Part shown: one piece after another, positions 19,645-27,111 of the stretch
Position numbering within the stretch: position 1 is the first letter of the stretch
How the letters are laid out: every line of letters starts with the position of its first letter
Source: Planctomycetota bacterium
GTDB lineage: Bacteria > Planctomycetota > PUPC01 > JABMSA01
NCBI GenBank assembly: GCA_013202185.1
Contig: JABMSA010000270.1
Coordinates: 1-49,483 of the forward strand
DNA: 49,483 bases
Reading direction: 5' to 3'
Notes under the pieces: generated by a model
The model's input: the letters and a program-made list of their open reading frames with translations, nothing else
What the model was told of the DNA's origin: nothing
The model's database searches: none
Made by a program: the position numbers and the translations under genes

Positions 19645-20387
19645 AGTGCGCTTCCTCTATTGCTCATTACCAGGTAATTGTCCATATTCGAATACAAGCT
19701 ATGGCACGTTTCGCAGCCAAGGTTGCCGTCGAAAAGCCTGATGGCCGGCGGCAGCCGGCTTTTCGGGTGGTAGTCCCGTCGCGGGCCGGCCCCAACGGGA
19801 TAAGGCACCCCTATCGGATGGTTCGACCCACCCTGGCCGCCGATCCCGAAATCGTCGTGGCACGACATGCACGCCATCGAACGCTCGTCGAGCCCCATGA
19901 CCGTGGTCCCGGTCGCGGGCTCGGCCTTGTCGTGTGCGGCGGCGAAACCAAGAGCGTGCTGATCGCGCTTCGCAACTTCGTGCGCCTGAGCGTGGCACTG
20001 GCTGCAAAGCTCTATGCCGGCCGTTCCCCTGCGCAGGAAGCTCGGCAGCGGCTCACCTTTCGCAGGTTGGTGGGCGCGGTGACACGTGAGGCACGTCATC
20101 CTGCCGGATTCGTCCAACGGGAAAATTTCGGGCAGCTTCGCTTTCACTATCATGCCTACCGGATGCGATGTGCCGGGCTGAACCCTGTGGCATTGTTGGC
20201 ACTGCCCTGCAATGACCGACGCCTCCCTCAGCGACGCGGGCCCGCCGGGGGTGACATCGGCAGTCGTGTGGCACAATTCGCACCGTCCGGCGAAATCGTG
20301 CTCGTTGTTTGTGAGCACATCGACCGCCGCCACGAGCGCTCCTGCCCCCAGAATTGCATATCCTGCTGTGCGGGCCCATCCTGTCAC
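19620..20387 (-). CDS. Heptaheme c-type cytochrome with N-terminal membrane anchor or signal
   Basis: 7 CXXCH motifs (CELCH, CQQCH, CLTCH, CSQCH, CMSCH, CETCH, CLTCH). The C-terminal half has the same HP(I/V)G ... CXXCH ... NRGSALCXXCH module as the downstream cytochromes. Confidence 0.85.
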   Translation of the reverse strand: MTGWARTAGYAILGAGALVAAVDVLTNNEHDFAGRCELCHTTADVTPGGPASLREASVIAGQCQQCHRVQPGTSHPVGMIVKAKLPEIFPLDESGRMTCLTCHRAHQPAKGEPLPSFLRRGTAGIELCSQCHAQAHEVAKRDQHALGFAAAHDKAEPATGTTVMGLDERSMACMSCHDDFGIGGQGGSNHPIGVPYPVGAGPRRDYHPKSRLPPAIRLFDGNLGCETCHSLYSNMDNYLVMSNRGSALCLTCHDK

Positions 20388-20956
20388 GAACCGTTTTCCT
20401 GCTGCTTTTCCGTGGCGAGTGCGTTTTGGAGCGACGACAGGTTGCGGGCGAGGTCGTCGGGCGACGGCTGCCGGGCTTCGGCCACTTCGGCCAGCAGCAT
20501 TGCACGGTTTTGGATTTCCGCCAGGCGGCCGTCGAGTTGTGCCCGGGCCGTTTCAAGCTCCTCCGCGAGGTCCTTGAGCTGATCCCCGGTCCTGGTAGCC
20601 ACGACAAAATCATAATCGCCTGCGGCCATGCGGCGGAGGTCGGCCGAGAGCCTGTACACCGGCCCGGCAATCTTGTGCGTGGCACGAATCGCAACAAAAG
20701 CACATCCCGCGCCCAGCAGCACGGCACAGATCACCGCCGCCGGAACAATGACGTAAACCAGCCGCGACGAGGCGGTATCCACGGCGGTTCCTATCTCGCC
20801 GTAGCTTTTCGGGATGTCGACGTTGACCGTGAGCAGTACCGCCGCGGCAAACGCCACGAACACCAGCGCGGCAATGATCATACACCGCACGGCAAAGCCG
20901 AGAAGATAAGCCGACCTCACAGGCGGAATGCCTGGCTTGCTCGAGGGTTCATTCAT
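20384..20956 (-). CDS. Small membrane protein, 2 TM helices plus HAMP domain, no output domain
   Basis: Two hydrophobic helices, then HKIAGPVYRLSADLRRMAAGDYDFVVATRTGDQLKDLAEELE (HAMP-like), then a coiled-coil tail. ATGA overlap with the heptaheme gene. Confidence 0.7.
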   Translation of the reverse strand: MNEPSSKPGIPPVRSAYLLGFAVRCMIIAALVFVAFAAAVLLTVNVDIPKSYGEIGTAVDTASSRLVYVIVPAAVICAVLLGAGCAFVAIRATHKIAGPVYRLSADLRRMAAGDYDFVVATRTGDQLKDLAEELETARAQLDGRLAEIQNRAMLLAEVAEARQPSPDDLARNLSSLQNALATEKQQENGS

Positions 20957-21086
20957 CGGCTTCGTCCTCGCGGCCGGGCATGGCCTTTTGTGCGCGCCGA
21001 AAACGCGAACGAAGGCCGATGCCGTAGATGGAGATCATTGTGCCTATCAGTATGTAGGCCGACATTACGTATGCCCATTGGTTCAT
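20949..21086 (-). CDS. ccmD: Heme exporter protein D
   Basis: 45-aa single-TM peptide MNQWAYVMSAYILIGTMISIYGI... ATGA overlap with the ccmC stop. Position fits ccmABCD order. It is hidden inside a longer track ORF. Confidence 0.7.
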   Translation of the reverse strand: MNQWAYVMSAYILIGTMISIYGIGLRSRFRRAQKAMPGREDEADE

Positions 21087-21748
21087 TGTATTGCCCTCCG
21101 CAACTGCTCGAGGCGGAATCGCGCACGAAGGAACGCAAAGTATAACACGGTGAACGCCCCTATGCAGAACAGAAGCGCGTGCAGCATTTTCGGCTCGAGG
21201 CCGGCGCTTTTCGGATGCATACCCGCGCCGAGCTTCACCGAAACATACGTGAGCGGCACGGAGACGAAGCCGATCGTGGCGTACACCGCGCCGAACCGGG
21301 CCGAGCGCTCGCCCGACGGCGTGCTCATGCGCAGGATGACGTACGACGCGTATACCAGCCACAAGATGAAGGTGGTCGTGAGGCGGGGGTCCCACGCCCA
21401 CCACAGATTCCACGCCGCCTTGCCCCAGATCGAGCCGCTTATGAGCGCCATAGTGCAGAAAAGAATGCCGATCTCCGCCGATGCCGTGGCTATGCTGTCC
21501 CACCACATACTACGCTTCACCAGCACGGCAATGCTTGCGACGAACGTAACGAAGAACGCGAGAAAAGCGACCCACGCGCTCGGCACGTGGAAGTACATTA
21601 TCCGTTGAAACTCCATTGGCTCGCCGGAGGCCGAGATTGCGGAAGGGGCGTACTTCAGACCAGCCAGCAGCGCCAGGTGCATGGCAACGCCCGCCAGCCA
21701 GATTTCCGGGCCGAAACACCGCCGTGGCACTATATCATCTTTCATCAT
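21083..21748 (-). CDS. ccmC: Heme exporter / heme-handling protein CcmC
   Basis: W-rich motif WGKAAWNLWWAWDPRLT. Polytopic, 221 aa. Confidence 0.9.
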   Translation of the reverse strand: MMKDDIVPRRCFGPEIWLAGVAMHLALLAGLKYAPSAISASGEPMEFQRIMYFHVPSAWVAFLAFFVTFVASIAVLVKRSMWWDSIATASAEIGILFCTMALISGSIWGKAAWNLWWAWDPRLTTTFILWLVYASYVILRMSTPSGERSARFGAVYATIGFVSVPLTYVSVKLGAGMHPKSAGLEPKMLHALLFCIGAFTVLYFAFLRARFRLEQLRRAIQ

Positions 21749-21784
21749 AATCCTCAGGTTGTGCGATCGCGGAGGGCTGATGGT

Positions 21785-22477
21785 TCATTCCACGACCACG
21801 TGCTCAAATGTCATGATACCCGCGGTTGTAAGGATCACGTCGAAGAGCAACATGCCGACTATGCCGCCGGCGATTTCGGCGACCGGGGCGCTGCCGGTGG
21901 TTGCGCTGTTGATGATCTTTGCGGTGGTTTGCATTCCAAAAACAACAAGCGGCAGAATGATCGGCAGCACGAGCACCGGCAGCAGCGTCTGGCGCATGCG
22001 CGTGCCGATTGTCATCGCCGAAAAAACCGTGCCCACGGCCGTCACGCCAACCACGCCCAGCAGCATCACGATCCACACAAGCCACAACATCGAGAATATC
22101 GGCAGGTTGAACAGCACCACAAACAGCACCAATGCCACGGTGCTCACCGCCCCGACCGACGCGATGCTGCCGAGCATCTTGCCGGCGAATATCACGCTGC
22201 GGTCGTGCGGGCACAGCAGCAACCCTCGCAGGCAGCCGTTGATTTCCTCCACGCTGAACGAGCGTGCAAGGCCGATCATCGACGCAAACGTAAACGTAAC
22301 CCAGAGCGCACCGGGCGCGAACACTGTTGCTTCCTGGCCCAGGTCGGAGAATCCGAAATGAAACAGGACGATCGTCAGCAGCGAGAACACCGCCATCGAG
22401 GCAAGCGCCTCGCGCGTTCGAAGCTCGTGGCGGACGTCCTTGGCCGCCAGGCACAGTACGGCGGAGAGCCACCTCAT
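21785..22477 (-). CDS. ccmB: Heme exporter membrane subunit CcmB
   Basis: 230-aa polytopic protein from the ATG at 22477 (MRWLSAVLCLAAKDVRHELRTREAL). ATGA overlap with the ccmA stop. The track ORF 21785..23329 is a 5'-extended frame. Confidence 0.85.
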   Translation of the reverse strand: MRWLSAVLCLAAKDVRHELRTREALASMAVFSLLTIVLFHFGFSDLGQEATVFAPGALWVTFTFASMIGLARSFSVEEINGCLRGLLLCPHDRSVIFAGKMLGSIASVGAVSTVALVLFVVLFNLPIFSMLWLVWIVMLLGVVGVTAVGTVFSAMTIGTRMRQTLLPVLVLPIILPLVVFGMQTTAKIINSATTGSAPVAEIAGGIVGMLLFDVILTTAGIMTFEHVVVE

Positions 22478-23238
22478 GCCTGCACCTCCGATACCGCCGT
22501 CGCGTACTCCTGCCGGAAGTCGTCGTGGCGGATGTCGTCGCCGGCCGCGCGGTAGCACAGTTTTCCGCGCGCCAGGATCGCCACGTCGTCGGCCACGTCG
22601 AGGCCCGTCGACAGTTGATGCGTGGTCACGAGCATGCTGCAGCCGCGCGAGCGGAGGTCTTTTATGTATTGCGTGAGTATCTGGGCGCCGTGCGGATCGA
22701 GCCCGCTGTATGGCTCGTCGAGGAGGATCACCTGCGGATCGTGCAGCAGGCAACGTGCCAGGGCAACGCGCTGCATCATCCCGCGCGACATCGTGCCGAC
22801 CGGACTGTGGGCCCGCTCGAGCATCCCCACGTGCTTCAGGAGGCTGTCGATGTGCTCGGCCGACGCCGGTGCGCCGTGCATCTTCGCGAAGAAGCGGAGG
22901 TTCTCGGCGGCCGACATCGAGTCGTAGAGGAAAGACTCGTGGCTGAGCACGCCCACTTGCCGGCGCACCTCGCCGGGCTGGTGGCGAATGTCGTGCCCGC
23001 AGATGAGGGCGGTGCCGCTCGTGGGCACGGCAAGGGTGCTCAACACCTTGATGAGGGTGGTTTTGCCGGCGCCGTTTGGCCCGAACAGCACAAGGCAGCG
23101 CCCGGGGGCCACGGTCAGCGTTACGTTGGTGAGTGCTGCGTGGCGTCCGAACTTTTTCGACAGGCCGCGCACGTCTATGGCGGGTTGGTTTGCGTTGATG
23201 CCTGGTGCCGTGGTGCCGTCGGGCTGGTCCTGATTCAT
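22474..23238 (-). CDS. ccmA: Heme exporter ABC ATPase CcmA
   Basis: Walker A GPNGAGKTT. Signature-like SRGMMQRVALA. Walker B ILLDEP. The ATG at 23238 makes an ATGA overlap with the upstream gene. Confidence 0.9.
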   Translation of the reverse strand: MNQDQPDGTTAPGINANQPAIDVRGLSKKFGRHAALTNVTLTVAPGRCLVLFGPNGAGKTTLIKVLSTLAVPTSGTALICGHDIRHQPGEVRRQVGVLSHESFLYDSMSAAENLRFFAKMHGAPASAEHIDSLLKHVGMLERAHSPVGTMSRGMMQRVALARCLLHDPQVILLDEPYSGLDPHGAQILTQYIKDLRSRGCSMLVTTHQLSTGLDVADDVAILARGKLCYRAAGDDIRHDDFRQEYATAVSEVQA

Positions 23239-24557
23239 TCTCGCACCTTGGTTTTGCCGGTCGCCATTCTGATGAGAAACACGGCCGCGAAAAAGCCGGC
23301 GATCCACAGGGCCGGCCACTTGAATACATTGGGAGGAGGCACCGGCACGGTGAGTTTGAGCGTGAGTGCGCTGCCGGCTTTTCGCTCGCCTTCGCTGAAG
23401 GAGTAATACGACCGTTTGCCCATATTCATGCGCTTCTGCTTCGCGAAGTCATTGCTTTCCGCCCGGGTGCCGGCGAAGTCCGGAAACATGAACGTGATGC
23501 TGGATGTGTCGTAGCCCAGCACCCGAACGAAATCGAACGACGGCTTGTCGAAGAGCAGATCGTGCCGCAGAACAAACTGCTTCTGTCCCGGCTCGAATGT
23601 GCCGTTGTACACGGCCCAACCGTCGACAACGGCCGAGTTGGTCTCTTCAAAATCGCCGCTGAGGATCACATTTGTGACGCCGTCAGGAACAGACACGCGG
23701 AAAATGGGCAGCTCGTCGTCGTTGCTGACAATGGTTCTTGTGCCCGTGTTTTCAGCGCGCAGCATCTCGGTCATGCGCAAGATGCCTTCGCCCAGTTCTA
23801 CCGTGATGTGATGAAGGCTCACGACTATCGCAGAGGTGTCGTCTGTCGTGTCGTAAACGCTCAGCGTGATCTTGGCCTTGATGCGCTCGGTGGTGAGGAT
23901 GGCCCGGCCGGAAGAGTGCTCCTGGCCGGCGTGGCTTACCCGCAGCTCAAACGCCGATACTTTTCGAATGGGAAGATCGGTGATCTGGAAGCTGCCTTCC
24001 TCGTCGGATTTCACGGTCATTATCTTGACCGGATCGATCGCACCGGCGTATGCGAATACGCCGACGTCTGCGTTGGGGACGGGCCGCTTGTCGTCGCTGA
24101 TATTGATCACTTTACCCGTTATCTCGCCTTTTGCCTGCTCGCCTCCGGCGTGAGCGGCAATTGCAAGATGCTGCAGCACGTGAACTCCGTACTTTTCGGC
24201 AAAGTGTGCAATTATCATGTTATCCGGAGTGCCAATCTTGAGGAACCTTGCGATGATGCCGCCATACATGTGGCGGTGCCGTTCGCTGCATTTCTGCAGC
24301 ACGGTTCCTTCGCAGTAGGCTGGGCATGTCATCTGCGAAGCGACCCGGGCCACGTCCGGATCGTCGAGCAGGTCGGCGTGGGGGTCTGCCGCCGCCGCGT
24401 GAGGGTCCATGCCGCCGTGGGGGTTTGCCGCAGTGTGGTCGTCATCGCACACGTCGGCGGTGGCTTCCGGCTGGGCGGGTTCAGCGGCCCCGGCGGGCTC
24501 GCCGGCAAGGCAGATAGTCGCCCCGAGCAGGCAGGCCATTGCCGCCACGGTTGTCAT
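23235..24557 (-). CDS. Secreted or membrane-tethered CcmH-like domain fused to beta-sandwich (carboxypeptidase-regulatory-like) domains, with a C-terminal TM anchor
   Basis: - 440 aa from the ATG at 24557, with a signal peptide (MTTVAAMACLLGATICLAG).
- His/Asp-rich stretch.
- MTCPAYCEGTVLQKC ... IARFLKIGTPDNMIIAHFAEKYGVHVL resembles the CcmH core LRCPXC ... GKSDDEI ... YG, but with CX3C spacing.
- GKVINISDDKRPVPNADV ... DEEGSFQITDLP is CarboxypepD_reg-like.
- C-terminal helix WPALWIAGFFAAVFLI. Confidence 0.6.
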   Translation of the reverse strand: MTTVAAMACLLGATICLAGEPAGAAEPAQPEATADVCDDDHTAANPHGGMDPHAAAADPHADLLDDPDVARVASQMTCPAYCEGTVLQKCSERHRHMYGGIIARFLKIGTPDNMIIAHFAEKYGVHVLQHLAIAAHAGGEQAKGEITGKVINISDDKRPVPNADVGVFAYAGAIDPVKIMTVKSDEEGSFQITDLPIRKVSAFELRVSHAGQEHSSGRAILTTERIKAKITLSVYDTTDDTSAIVVSLHHITVELGEGILRMTEMLRAENTGTRTIVSNDDELPIFRVSVPDGVTNVILSGDFEETNSAVVDGWAVYNGTFEPGQKQFVLRHDLLFDKPSFDFVRVLGYDTSSITFMFPDFAGTRAESNDFAKQKRMNMGKRSYYSFSEGERKAGSALTLKLTVPVPPPNVFKWPALWIAGFFAAVFLIRMATGKTKVRE

Positions 24558-24570
24558 GAGGTCGGCGAGT

Positions 24571-26631
24571 TCAAACTTCAACTGGATGCTCCTTGATATT
24601 CGTGCCGCAATGCGGGCAGAACCTTGCACCGGCGTGGTCGATGTTTTCTCCGCAGCTCGGGCAGAATGACGCCGGCCGCGCGGCGGGCGGCGCCAGATCG
24701 GCATCCTTGATTCGGGCGGCGGCCCGTCGGGGGATCGCCGCCGCGAGCGCACCGAGCACGAGCATTGCGCCGCCGATCCACAGCCACATTATCAATGGGT
24801 TCAATAGCAGCTTGAACGAGGCGGTGTTTCCATCGTATGCGCTGAGAATGGCGTAGAGGTCCTGCCTCAGCCCCGGCCTCACGCCTACTTCTGAGTGCGG
24901 CTTGCTGTCTTTCCTGAAAAACACCATGCTCGGCGATAACTTGCCGTAGTCTTGCTTGCCGTCGGTGTAACTGAGGTTGGCGACAGTTTCATGGTAAATG
25001 TCGGGCGGTTGGGTGTGGTCGAGGCCGTTGAAGGTTACTTCGTATCGGCCGATCTTCGCGGATTCGCCGGGGCTGAGGGTTGTTTCTTCCGATAGAACGT
25101 ATCCGGAGCCGGCTATTCCGAGGAACATCGCGACGACTCCGAGATGGACGACATAGGCGCCCATTCGTCGTAGCGAGGGAAGGCGTTGGTTCTTGTATGT
25201 TTGCCATACGATGCCGGCCAGCACCACGGCGCCTGCAACTGCCGCGACCCCGATAATGAGGGGAGGGGCGTATTTGAAGAATATCCCGAACTCGGGGTGA
25301 ACGGTTGTGGTGCGGAATGTGAAGTGAACAATGGCCGCGCCGACCAAGCCTGCGAGGCCTGCGGATGCCACCAGTAAGAGCGCGGCCGCTCCCTTGAGGC
25401 GCTGCTCGAGGAGCATGCCCATGCCCATCACGCCCAACAACGTCACGGCAAATGGGAAAGACGTCAGGTTGAAGGTCAGTACGTTCCATGTCTTCTTCTC
25501 GCTCCAGAGCCTGGAAAACACCGGCAGCATCGTGCCCCAGAACACAACGGCCGTGGCGGTGAGCAGCACTATGACGCACCCCACAAACATCGCCTCTCGC
25601 GAGAAAAACGATTGCAGGCGGTTTTTGCTTTGCAGAAGCTGGGCCCGCGCTGCAATGGCCTTGACGGTGAGCACAGCCGTGACCACGATGAGGCCGAGGA
25701 AGAAGTAGAGTAGAGGTGATTTGCCGAACGCGTGCACCGACTCAATGATGCCGCTGCGCGTGAGCAACGTGCCAAACACGCACAGCGCGAAAGTGAGTGC
25801 GACGAGGATGAAGCTGGTGGTTTTGAGCATGCCCCGGCGGCGTGTGAGCACAAGCGAGTGGATGGCCGCCGTGCCGGTGAGCCACGGCAGGAGCGATGCG
25901 TTTTCGACGGGATCCCACGCCCAGAACCCGCCCCAGCCCAGCTCGATGTAGGCCCACTCGGCGCCGAGTACTATTCCGATTGTGAGCGTTCCCCACGCAA
26001 AGAGCGTCCACATCCGTATCGAGCGGAAGAGGGCTGCATCGAGGCGCTTTGCCCACAGCCCGCCAAGAAAGATTGCAAAGGGCACCGCAAAGCCCACGTA
26101 GCCGAAATAGAGCGTCGGCGGATGGAAGAGCATCTCGACGGTTCGCAACTGCGGGTTCAGCCCCTTCCCTTCGGCAGGCGTCAGGCCGTATTGAGCGAAG
26201 GGGTCGGTAACGTAAACCACCAGCGAGATGAAGAAGCACGTGATGAACATCATCAGCACCGCTGCGGGCAGGGTGGCCTGGGGCGAGGTGCGACGCAGCC
26301 GCCATACCGCGAAAGACGAGAATGCCGCGAGAAGGAACGTCCACAGCAGCAATGAGCCGCTTTGCCCGCCCCAAAGAGCTGCGATTACGTAGACGGTCGG
26401 CAGGGAGCTGTCGATGTGTTCCCTGACGTATATGACGCGGTAGTTGTGCGTGAGCAGTGCGATGAGGAGTGCCGCAGCCGCCACCGTGCACGCCGCAAAC
26501 GTAAGGTGCACCATGGATGTGGCAAGGTGGCTGTGGGTGCGGCGCAGCAGCGCCCGAAGCCCGGCGAATACGCCTGCGGCGGAGGCCACGAATGCCAGGG
26601 CGAGCGCAAATTGACCAAGATCTGCCATCAT
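24571..26631 (-). CDS. ccmF: Cytochrome c heme lyase CcmF with C-terminal zinc-ribbon tail
   Basis: 686 aa polytopic. W-rich motif GWGGFWAWDPVENASLLPWL. Tail FCPSCGENIDHAGARFCPHCG. Confidence 0.9.
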   Translation of the reverse strand: MMADLGQFALALAFVASAAGVFAGLRALLRRTHSHLATSMVHLTFAACTVAAAALLIALLTHNYRVIYVREHIDSSLPTVYVIAALWGGQSGSLLLWTFLLAAFSSFAVWRLRRTSPQATLPAAVLMMFITCFFISLVVYVTDPFAQYGLTPAEGKGLNPQLRTVEMLFHPPTLYFGYVGFAVPFAIFLGGLWAKRLDAALFRSIRMWTLFAWGTLTIGIVLGAEWAYIELGWGGFWAWDPVENASLLPWLTGTAAIHSLVLTRRRGMLKTTSFILVALTFALCVFGTLLTRSGIIESVHAFGKSPLLYFFLGLIVVTAVLTVKAIAARAQLLQSKNRLQSFFSREAMFVGCVIVLLTATAVVFWGTMLPVFSRLWSEKKTWNVLTFNLTSFPFAVTLLGVMGMGMLLEQRLKGAAALLLVASAGLAGLVGAAIVHFTFRTTTVHPEFGIFFKYAPPLIIGVAAVAGAVVLAGIVWQTYKNQRLPSLRRMGAYVVHLGVVAMFLGIAGSGYVLSEETTLSPGESAKIGRYEVTFNGLDHTQPPDIYHETVANLSYTDGKQDYGKLSPSMVFFRKDSKPHSEVGVRPGLRQDLYAILSAYDGNTASFKLLLNPLIMWLWIGGAMLVLGALAAAIPRRAAARIKDADLAPPAARPASFCPSCGENIDHAGARFCPHCGTNIKEHPVEV

Positions 26632-26688
26632 TCAGTTCCGCTTTCTGTTGTTGTTCTGCTTGCGTGTGTCTTCAATCGCCGTCGAGTA

Positions 26689-27111
26689 TTATTCTGATCC
26701 GTACTCGCCTCTTTTGCTCTCGTATTTCGACGGGCACTTGAACATCAATTGACTGGCGACCAGCACCTTTCGCTCGGGGTGGTATTTTCCCTGCACCACG
26801 AGATCGCTGCCGGGCTCGAAGTTGGCGGGCAGGATTCCCTTGTAATAAACCGGCAGGGACGCTTCGTCGTCTTTCAGAACGAATTCGGTGTCGAGGGTCG
26901 TTTTGTCATGCTCGACGGACCCGGGCTCGATGATTCCTCGTACGCGTACGGCTCCGCCGTTGTAGGTATCGAGTTTTTTCTGGAACTGGCTCACGGAGTC
27001 GAAGAAGTCGAGGCTCATCAGCATGGTTGCACCGTACAGGAGCGCGGCAACACACATGGTCATGACAATTCCACCGACGATGAATTTCTTGCTGCCGCCG
27101 GGATTGCTCAT
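26689..27111 (-). CDS. ccmE: Heme chaperone CcmE, Cys-type (CXXXY) variant
   Basis: 140 aa from the ATG at 27111 (ATGA overlap with the upstream cytochrome gene). N-terminal TM anchor and OB-fold-like body. FKCPSKYES sits where classical CcmE has HXXXY. Confidence 0.85.
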   Translation of the reverse strand: MSNPGGSKKFIVGGIVMTMCVAALLYGATMLMSLDFFDSVSQFQKKLDTYNGGAVRVRGIIEPGSVEHDKTTLDTEFVLKDDEASLPVYYKGILPANFEPGSDLVVQGKYHPERKVLVASQLMFKCPSKYESKRGEYGSE

